Source: Octopus sinensis
Taxonomy: Eukaryota
Assembly (NCBI RefSeq): GCF_006345805.1
Contig: NW_021826816.1
Coordinates: forward strand, 1-12,050
Reading direction: 5' to 3'
Length of the DNA stretch: 12,050 bases
The translations under genes and the position numbers were made by a program. The notes beneath the pieces were generated by a model. That model was not told where the DNA came from. It saw only the letters and a list, made by a program, of their open reading frames with translations, and did no database searches. Of this stretch, positions 1 to 7,190 are shown piece by piece (the first letter of the stretch is position 1; the number at the start of each line of letters is the position of its first letter).

Positions 1-82
1 GTGTGTTGTGTGTGTGTTGTGTGTGTGTGTGTGTGTGTGTTGTGAGAGTAGAGAGGAGAGAGAGTGTGTGTGTGTGTGTTTT
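1..82. repeat. Compound (GT)n/(GA)n microsatellite
   Basis: Direct reading: gtgtgt... runs interrupted by gagagtagagaggagag. Confidence 0.95.
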
Positions 83-169
83 TGTGTACACATATAATAA
101 AAAAATTATATAATGGCAAGTTGTTCTCTGTTCAATAAAAAGGTTGAGGAGAAAGGTACAACTGAAGGA

Positions 170-422
170 GGAAAACACTGGAAGAGAGAGAAAAAGAAGG
201 AGAGAGAGAGAGAGAGAGGGACAGAGAGGGAGAGATAGTAGAGAAAGAGAGAGGAGACGGTGATGAAGATTGAAAATTAGATACAACAAAAGAAAGAGAA
301 AGGATGAGACTGGAGCAGAGTCAGAAATGGACGGTAGAAGAAAGATAAGGAGTGGAAGTACGTGTAAGGTGATAAGAGGAAACGATAGAATGATTGAAAA
401 GAAAGAGAGAATGAGAGTGAGT

Positions 423-453
<31 letters not shown>

Positions 454-462
454 GGGGGGGGG
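170..462. repeat. Purine-rich low-complexity tract with (GA)n runs ending in a G run
   Basis: Plus strand is mostly A/G; (GA)n at about 181-250 and 408-452, followed by poly-G. Confidence 0.9.
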
Positions 463-705
463 TTGTAGAGAAAGTGTAAAATATAAATATATAATAGGAT
501 ATAAAAACAATTACATAACAGTCTAGAGTGACATTCTTTTCTTGAAAATTATACAAATTTGAACAAAATCTTTAGAAAATATAAAGTTACTCTTCATGAA
601 AACAAAACAAAGGGAAAAAAAACTCTGAAAATTTTCGAAATATATTTCCACGTGCAAAAATCTTTGTTGAGGGACAAAACATGCATAGATTTGGCTGAAG
701 TTTCA

Positions 706-743
706 CTGACGAGGTCCAATGTAACCGAAACTACGGTGTAGAC
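706..743 (+). ncRNA. Degenerate hammerhead-like motif (probably inactive)
   Basis: CTGACGA (706-712), stem GGT/ACC (713-715/724-726), GAAA (727-730), stem CTAC/GTAG (731-734/738-741). Next bases are AC instead of the required U-H, and no stem I is visible. Confidence 0.25.
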
Positions 744-970
744 GTCGTCTTCCCCGCTAACAAAGATCAGAATTTCCAGTAAGTATTTTAATTCATTCTT
801 AATTTCATGGAGTTATCTTCTCTTTTCCTTGATGGTCGATAACAATTACTTCTAGGGTTTTTCTGCTTGTCTGAGACGTAAATTTCAATAAGCTAAAAGT
901 GTCTTAGCGTACATTACATAGCACTTAAATATTCGTGCTATTGTGCACCTTAAGTCTATTTCGTTTAATA

Positions 971-1055
971 TACGACGGGGTTCCCAAAAGTAACCGGAAA
1001 CGTTCAACTGGGAGATAAACCCGTTGTAGTTTGGCTTCCGCCGCTAGATGCCATA
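971..1055 (+). mobile_element. Possible Tc1/mariner-type terminal fragment
   Basis: TA followed by CGACGGGGTTCCCAAAAGTAACCGGAA, resembling mariner TIRs of the TA-CGAGGG...AAAAGT type, plus CCGCTAGATGCCA at 1041-1053. No partner TIR or transposase in the window. Confidence 0.3.
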
Positions 1056-1106
1056 TAATGCGACCGGCTTCTTCGTATCAAGGCGTATTGCCATGTGGTG
1101 TGTCTT

Positions 1107-1269
1107 GGCACCAGTGATGTCGCAACTCATTTCTACAGCTGAGTGAACTGGAGCAACGTGAAAATAAAGTGTCTTGTCCAAGAGCACAACACACAGCCCG
1201 GTCAGGGAATCGAACTCACTACCTCATGACTGTGAACCCGATGTTCTAACAACTGAGCCATGTGCCTTC
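1107..1269 (-). mobile_element. tRNA-derived SINE with CORE-like domain, 3' truncated
   Basis: Minus strand: A box TGGCTCAGTTGTTAG (1261-1247), B box GAGTTCGATTCCC (1217-1205), then GTGTTGTGCTCTTGGACAAGACACTTTATTTTCACGTTGCTCC, resembling the CORE motif (GTGTCCTTGGGCAAGACACTT). 3' boundary is approximate. Confidence 0.85.
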
Positions 1270-1757
1270 ACAAATTGAGTTATGTATTATGCTTCATTGA
1301 CAGCTAAATTTATGGTTGAATGGTTAATATGTGTTTGCATTTACACAAAGCGTTTTCGGTGTATAGGAAAATTAAAACGATAAAAAAAACTAAACGTATG
1401 AGAAACTGATTGGACTCGAACTCCTGTAAGATTTATGGACCTGGAAACATCGTGTAATCCGATTTTGTCTTTGGAAAGCAACCCCTATTTCTTGTTTGCT
1501 TATCCGTAGAAAATATGAAAAATTACTAATATTTCCAAATTTTTCCTTCAAACTTTGCTTTTGTTACATTTGTCAATATCCCAAAGGATCCCTCTCAACA
1601 CATGGCTGTGATGTTCCCTAATTACTCCTGCTCTTGAACAGACATGCACATATTGTCAGCCACTAAGGGGCATGCTCAAATAGTTAAAGCCAAACAACTG
1701 AGAAGCAAATCTGTGGTATTCAGAATATTTGCTATAACAATATTTCTGCTTCAGCAA

Positions 1758-1926
1758 GGCGGCGAGCTGGCAGAAACGTTAGCGCACCAGGTGTAATGCT
1801 TAGCGTTATTTCATCTGTCCTTACGCTCTGAGTTCGAATTGTGCCATGGTCGACTTTGACTTTCATCCTTTCGAGGTCGATAAATTAAGTGCCCAAATTT
1901 CGGGCCTTTTTCCAAGACTAGAAAAG
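1758..1926 (+). mobile_element. tRNA-derived SINE (short-tailed copy) with 19-bp target-site duplication
   Basis: A box TGGCAGAAACGTTAGC, B box GAGTTCGAATT, body GGTCGACTTTGACTTTCATCCTTTCGAGGTCGATAAATTAAGT homologous to the 8147 copy. Flanked by AATATTTCTGCTTCAGCAA (1739-1757) and AATATTTCTGCTTAAGCAA (1927-1945), 18/19 identical. Confidence 0.9.
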
Positions 1927-2702
1927 AATATTTCTGCTTAAGCAACTCAGTGCTGGAACTGTCTGAAATGTAATGGAAAATAGGTCAGTTTCAAAACATT
2001 GATGTCCAGATCACAAAAGGTAAGTTTAAAGGGAATGGTAGTGATTATATTTCTAGATAGATGCAACTAGGAAATAACACTTTATTTCATTCGATTTGCC
2101 ATAAAGGCATTACACAGAAGGAATGCTGCGGGCTGGACGAGGACACGATGATGATGAAATGAAAGAAATGGTTGATGGGAGAGGCAAATAACAGCCACCA
2201 ATTGTTGCATTCTCGAAAACATTGTTCATTTTTTAAAAACAAAACAAAATGAGGTATTAACCTCTTACCTCAGTTCAATAATAATTGATGTAAACGTCTT
2301 TACAAATTGATGCGCTGGGCCTCTTACCAAAGAATACAAACAACATAACCATAAAAATCGAAGCACTAAGACCTACTGATCACAGACAAAAAAAAAAAAA
2401 ATTAAAAAATGGTGCATAGAATAAAATTTTCAGATTGAAAGCACAAAATAAGCGGACAAATCGCAATCAGCGAATGAAAGAGGATTAATATGAATGTATA
2501 AATCTAAAGCCTTTAATACGACAAACCGATTCACGTGAATTAAATGGTAGGGTAGTATTTACACCGAAATGTACCGAACATAACATCATTTCGAAAACCC
2601 GTGGGATTGACTGCTCATATTTCCCCAAATTCTTTCTTTGAGTGTAAACGAACACTTGGAAGCAGATTGTCTAAAAGGACGATGGATGAACACCTCAGAT
2701 TC

Positions 2703-2894
2703 TTATAAAAGATGCTCACACATATATGAATGTGTGCGTGTTTGTGTGTGCTGTGCAAAATATGACAAGCAAATAGAACCCAATCTTAATGTATTCAAAG
2801 GTTTAGCTGCGACATTAAAATGAAATCCTATATCGTCAGTTCCCTTGCAAACTTGACAGGTATTATGTTTACCAACCCCACTCTCAGGTTCCAT
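2703..2894 (-). other. Short ORF with a nuclear-receptor-like half zinc-finger motif; not supported as a gene
   Basis: Translation contains TCQVCKGTDDIGFHFNVAA (motif 2858-2805) but no following CxxC-x-FF-RR. An in-frame TAA lies shortly upstream and the 3' end runs into a CA-rich repeat. Confidence 0.12.
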
Positions 2895-3562
2895 TAACTC
2901 CTCAAGAAATTCACGAAGGACTTAGTCAATGACCACTGTTAGAATCCAATGTCAGGAAATACAGGTTTAGCTTTTAGAAGCTCAAAAATATCTCATCTTT
3001 ACGTGCAGACATCGGAGATGTTAAAAACAAAGCAACCGAACATTTAACAAAAGAGAATGAAAACAAAAATCCTTACAATGTAAACGAAAAACAATTACAA
3101 AAGCAGCAAAAACAAAAGATTAATCTGATATATCTCATTAAGAGAAATGTGAATGAAGAAATTATTAATGGCATGAACATAAGTCGATGCGAGTATTCAG
3201 CGTGATAGAAGCAGTAGGAAGGTAGCACTTTTATGAATCACTACGATATGGATAAAGAACTGTTACACACACGCCAACGCGAGCACACATACGCACACGC
3301 GTACACGTAACTACACTCATATGTGAAGTACAATATAAAAACATATGTGATATATAAATATGTGTATATATATAAATAAATAAATATTTATTAAATCTCT
3401 GAATGAGATTTTCTTGAGAACATATTCTTCGTGGAAAATGGCGATTTTGACGTCTATATCTAGCAGGTAGGCTGTCCATTTTTTTAGTGGTCAGTCCTCT
3501 AAATCTTGTATGTATATATATATATATATATATATGATAAAGTATAGAAGCCATCTTAACAT

Positions 3563-3594
3563 GGTAACCACCAGGTCGCGACCTGGTGGTTACC
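3563..3594. repeat. Perfect 32-bp palindrome
   Basis: GGTAACCACCAGGTCG|CGACCTGGTGGTTACC, zero spacer, exact self-complement. Confidence 0.98.
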
Positions 3595-3626
3595 GCCCGT
3601 TTACAAGGGACAAAAATCCCGAAACT

Positions 3627-3744
3627 AGTCCGAGCGTATCACTCAGGCTTGCGAGGAAGGGATGGCCTCCCTTTGCAAATACTTCAAGGGCACTAAAATG
3701 GTGTTTAAAGCCAGCTGGAGACGACGATCTCCAGGGGCTATAAA
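3627..3744 (-). mobile_element. Unclassified interspersed repeat, homologous to 5718-5835 (+)
   Basis: Minus strand TTTATAGCCCCTGGAGATCGTCGTCTCCAGCTGGCT...AAGTATTTGCAAAGGGAGGCCATC...GTGATACGCTCGGACT aligns collinearly to TTTATGGTCCCAGGAAGACATCTCCTCCAACTGGCT...AAGTGTTTGCAAGGGGAGGTCATC...GTGATAAACACGGACT. Confidence 0.75.
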
Positions 3745-4370
3745 GCTACAGTAACACCCCCTCCCCTATGTGGTTAGCCATGTTAAGATGGCTTCTATAC
3801 TTTACATTATATATATATATATATATACATACAAGATTTAGAGGACTGACAACTAAAAAATGGACAACCTATATGCTAGATATAGACGTCAAAATCGCCA
3901 TTTTCCACGAAGAATGTGTTCTCAAGAAAAACAAGAATTCAGCAAAAAACCAAAGTGTAAAAACAAACAAGTCAAATGAAAATATACGAAATAAAAAAAA
4001 AACGATTACCTATGTACTAATTAGTTTCACTTGTTAATATTTACGTATATGGATACGCAAACATCTGCAAGATCATCAGCATAGTTTGTCGTTTACAAAA
4101 CATAATTCCCAGATCTAGATACAGAACGCTCGACCGAAATCCAGCATGTATAAAGTTTTAAAAATTATATTTATGTGTATCTTTCAAATGCCTTCACTTT
4201 GGCGCGCTGAGATCCGAAATTACTCTGCAGTTAATAAACTACAGCAGTCAATTTACCGGCTAGAGGACCTTTTTTTAATTTAAAATTAAATAAGGGTAGA
4301 AATTGATATTAATCAATTAAATCCAGGTGCCTAGCATATTTAAAAAAAATCCGAAGATTAAAAAAATTTT

Positions 4371-4438
4371 TATATACAAAATTTAGAGGACTGACCATTA
4401 AAAAAATGGACAGCCTATACGCTACATATAGACGTCAA
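4371..4438 (+). repeat. Third partial copy of the fold-back outer arm sequence
   Basis: ATTTAGAGGACTGACCATTAAAAAAATGGACAGCCTATACGCTACATATAGACGTCAA matches 3837-3892 directly and about 3446-3505 inverted. Confidence 0.85.
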
Positions 4439-4440
4439 GA

Positions 4441-4463
4441 ATATATATTGTTTATATATATGT

Positions 4464-4518
<55 letters not shown>

Positions 4519-4717
4519 CTATATATATATATACATATATAATCTATATATATATATACATGTATATACTATATAATTAGGTTTAGCAACAGTTTGCTTC
4601 ACCACACACCGAAGTTTAGAAATAGCAGTCAAAAATCTTAGCTATTCCTTCTACTTTAAAGGGAGTTCCCAGAAAAACCAAGGCACTTGGTTATTATTAT
4701 ACTTGTATATATATATA

Positions 4718-4756
<39 letters not shown>

Positions 4757-4820
4757 TATATATATTTATATATATGTTATATGTATGTTTTATATATATA
4801 TGTTATATATAGATATATTT
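4441..4820. repeat. Two (TA)n blocks (about 4441-4574, 4706-4820) bracketing a 130-bp non-simple segment
   Basis: Direct reading; the inner segment 4575-4705 is probably a repeat fragment but has no second copy here. Confidence 0.85.
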
Positions 4821-4912
4821 TTCCGATTTTTAAAACATACTTTTGAAAATACCTAATTCAATCACGTTACTCATGTTACAAATTTTCAATCAACAGATAA
4901 ACTTACATTAAC

Positions 4913-4915
<3 letters not shown>

Positions 4916-4969
<54 letters not shown>

Positions 4970-5001
4970 CAAACTCTCTCTCTCTCTCACACACACACCA
5001 A
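4916..5001. repeat. Compound (CA)n/(CT)n microsatellite
   Basis: Direct reading. Confidence 0.95.
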
Positions 5002-5044
5002 CCGATAAACCTCTATGGTTTCGTTATTGGATTTATCGCATTCT

Positions 5045-5196
5045 TCCTGCTATCGAAAATAAGCTTCTAGAGGACATTTCTGACGGTGAGTCATAGAGAA
5101 AAAACGATGATACACGAAAAGTATATCAAGGCAGTGATCTTTAAATATAATTATGTACTTTAATCTTAAATTAGAAGCTAATATCGTGTAAAATGA
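5045..5196 (+). mobile_element. Unclassified dispersed repeat, copy 1 (partner at 11062-11215)
   Basis: Shared exact blocks CTTCTAGAGGACATTT (16 nt), TATCAAGGCAG, GTACTTTAATCTTAAATTA (19 nt), GTGTAAAATGA; roughly 75-80% identity by eye. Confidence 0.8.
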
Positions 5197-5239
5197 GTTG
5201 GAATACAGTTAAAAGCTTGGCACACGCACAGCGCTAAAA

Positions 5240-5322
5240 CACACACACACACACGCACAGGCACACACACACACATATATAAATATATTTGTATATGTAT
5301 TTATATGTATAATATCTATTTA

Positions 5323-5388
<66 letters not shown>
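5240..5388. repeat. Compound (CA)n/(TA)n/(CT)n/(TA)n microsatellite
   Basis: Direct reading. Confidence 0.95.
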
Positions 5389-5390
<2 letters not shown>

Positions 5391-5687
5391 TAGAGAATTT
5401 CGTTGAAGAGATTTTGCACACGTGGTGAGTTGAAGTGAAAAAATATATAACAAAAGAACGAAAATGCATATAATCTATACCTTAAGATATTATGAAAGTC
5501 AACCGGTTTCGTATTTCGGTGATTATGACTGGGAAATTGGTGAAAATATTGCAATTTTATATTATTATAAGGAGTTTTTAGTCCATGCTGCTTGTATGAG
5601 AGTTTACTTGTAAAGGAACCAGCATATAGTAAAATCTAAGGGGACGTAATTGGTGATTGCTATTTTTTGAGACAGAGAAGGTAATTG

Positions 5688-6094
5688 GTGTCCTATACAG
5701 GACAGTGCAACTGATATTTATGGTCCCAGGAAGACATCTCCTCCAACTGGCTAACGACACACATTCTGTGTCCGCAAGTGTTTGCAAGGGGAGGTCATCG
5801 CTCCCATCTCTAACCTTATGTGATAAACACGGACTCGAGGTTTTGGGTGGTTAACCGTTCTGAGCGTGTGTTAATCACTAGCTAGTGATGAAAACTCATT
5901 CCGCTCGCAAAATACTTTGTGGTTTTTCCAACGACAAACTGTTGCTGATCTTGAAAAATGAGAAATTAGCTATATTAAATTTCTGAGCGAGGTATAAACA
6001 GTAGCAGTACGGAACCGTAACATATAATTGCCAACCAAATGTGGCGTCCTATACAGGACAGTGCTAGTGACGATATATAGCCCCAGGAAGACAT
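5688..6094 (+). mobile_element. About 357-bp unit bounded by 50-bp direct repeats (5688-5737, 6044-6094)
   Basis: Identical GTCCTATACAGGACAGTGC (5690-5708, 6046-6064) and CCCAGGAAGACAT (5725-5737, 6082-6094); the interior is homologous to 3627-3744. Confidence 0.75.
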
Positions 6095-6132
6095 ATACAA
6101 CATATACATATATATATATATATCTAATATAT

Positions 6133-6176
<44 letters not shown>

Positions 6177-6208
6177 GTGTGGTGTGTGTGTGGTGTGGGT
6201 GTATATCT

Positions 6209-6277
<69 letters not shown>

Positions 6278-6325
6278 ATATATATATATATACACGCACA
6301 TACATACTCTCTTATACACACACGC
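6095..6325. repeat. Compound microsatellite: (TA)n, (TG)n, (TATC)n at 6204-6274, (TA)n, CA-rich
   Basis: Direct reading. Confidence 0.95.
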
Positions 6326-6327
6326 AC

Positions 6328-6629
6328 CTTTGTGTTGGGGGCACCTTCGTATTGGAAGTCACTTGACCCTGTTATCTCCCCTACTGTCGTTCTCGCGTCT
6401 GACCACTGTCCGATGTCAGGACGCCATGATAGATCGTTAGCTCTTATACGCATTTTTTTCTCTCCTTGTTTCTCTCCTTGTTTTTTTCTGTGTATCTTTC
6501 TGTCGAAGAGCGTAGGCTCGAAACGTAAAAGACTTTTTCTATTTCTATTCCTGACCGCTATACTAATGCATTTGTTTGTTTGTACCCCACCTGCTTTCGT
6601 CTTTTGTTTATTTTCGTAAACTTACCCGT
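6328..6629 (+). mobile_element. Hammerhead-bearing cassette 1, putative Penelope-like/retrozyme-like non-autonomous element
   Basis: Non-simple segment bounded by simple repeats, carrying motif 1 about 100 nt before its 3' (TA)n; shares TTCCTGA(C/G)CG...TAAT downstream of the motif with cassette 2. Class assignment is inferred from the ribozyme type. Confidence 0.45.
6495..6532 (+). ncRNA. Minimal type-I hammerhead ribozyme-like motif 1
   Basis: Stem I TCTTT (6495-6499)/AAAGA (6528-6532); core CTGTCGA plus extra A (6500-6507; A6 is T); stem II GAGC-gtag-GCTC (6508-6519); GAAA (6520-6523); palindromic ACGT in place of stem III; cleavage triplet GTA (6525-6527). Confidence 0.65.
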
Positions 6630-6648
6630 TATATATATATATATATAT

Positions 6649-6858
6649 TTCCTTCCGGTCTTTCAAAATGTGACCTCGTGTGTACTGTTGGCGATTTTTT
6701 CCCCCTGTCTTCCCTTCTGTGGATCTTTCCTTCTCCTATGTTTCCGACGAAGAGCTCCGCTCGAAACATTAAACCCTCCTTCTTTCCTGAGCGTCCAATA
6801 ATACTATATTTGCTCCACGTCCTCGCGTTGTTGTATTTTTAGGTGCTTTCTTGTTTGG

Positions 6859-6860
<2 letters not shown>
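6649..6860 (+). mobile_element. Hammerhead-bearing cassette 2, putative Penelope-like/retrozyme-like non-autonomous element
   Basis: Bounded by (TA)n on both sides (6630-6648, 6861-6895); motif 2 lies about 90 nt before the 3' (TA)n. Confidence 0.45.
6740..6774 (+). ncRNA. Minimal type-I hammerhead ribozyme-like motif 2
   Basis: Stem I GTTT (6740-6743)/AAAC (6771-6774); core CCGACGA plus extra A (6744-6751; U4 is C); stem II GAGC-tcc-GCTC (6752-6762); GAAA (6763-6766); CAT-T where CGT-H is expected (consistent with CpG decay). Confidence 0.6.
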
Positions 6861-6901
<41 letters not shown>

Positions 6902-7190
6902 ATATGAATTTTAACTGCATCCGGTAGTGGGGTCCTGGTACGACGAATTCCACCATATTGAGGCATGTGGAACCACTCTCTTAGCCACTGGCACTTGTTA
7001 AGGATTCCAGCTAGGATTAACTGGCATGTGAACCTCTGGTAGTGGAAGACCTCTAGTTCACTTCGGAACTTCCTTTTAGGAGAACGTAAATTCGTATAAA
7101 AAAATACCTGAAGTGCAGTCCATTTCTGGTCGCCTCAACTGCTGTTGGGTCACTGGCTTTATAGCTGACTGCGCTGAGAAGTAAGTTAAA

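Larger units (their letters stand above)
3409..3930. repeat. Long inverted repeat (fold-back): arms 3409-3571 and 3770-3930, spacer 198 bp
   Basis: The reverse complement of the right arm matches the left arm with about 9-10 differences by eye (roughly 94%), including an internal (TA)n and TAAAGTATAGAAGCCATCTTAACATGG. Confidence 0.95.

Noticed and set aside
270-510. ORFs 270-479 (+) and 277-510 (-)
   Set aside because: Translations of the GA/CT low-complexity tract (ERER, LSLS); no domain signal.
1205-1269. tRNA-like A/B boxes here and at 1758, 8147, 8550, 9541 and 9963
   Set aside because: They continue into SINE bodies and do not close a cloverleaf; these are SINE heads, not tRNA genes.
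1500-1738. Segment that looks like a further octopus repeat fragment
   Set aside because: Recognition is from memory only; there is no second copy or diagnostic terminus in the window.
2816-2931. Plus-strand open frame NEILYRQFPCKLDRYYVYQPHSQVPLTPQEIHEGLSQ*
   Set aside because: Short, unrecognised peptide; the apparent donor and acceptor are too close to form an intron.
3640-3680. HDV-like ribozyme suggested by minus-strand CTT-CCTCGC-AAG, and by ATGGTCCCAG at 5720-5729
   Set aside because: No P1 or P2 pairing could be drawn for the nested double pseudoknot.
3231-4037. ORFs 3231-3554 (-) and 3768-4037 (+) with near-identical peptides (IYIHTRFRGLTTKK...)
   Set aside because: The similarity is a by-product of the DNA inverted repeat; frames differ after an indel and include translated (TA)n.
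5688-6094. TRIM or LTR retrotransposon
   Set aside because: No TG...CA termini, primer-binding site, polypurine tract or TSD visible; kept only as an unclassified direct-repeat unit.
6175-6966. Overlapping ORFs up to 146 aa
   Set aside because: They start inside microsatellites (YLSI, IYIY) and show no RT or GIY-YIG motifs.
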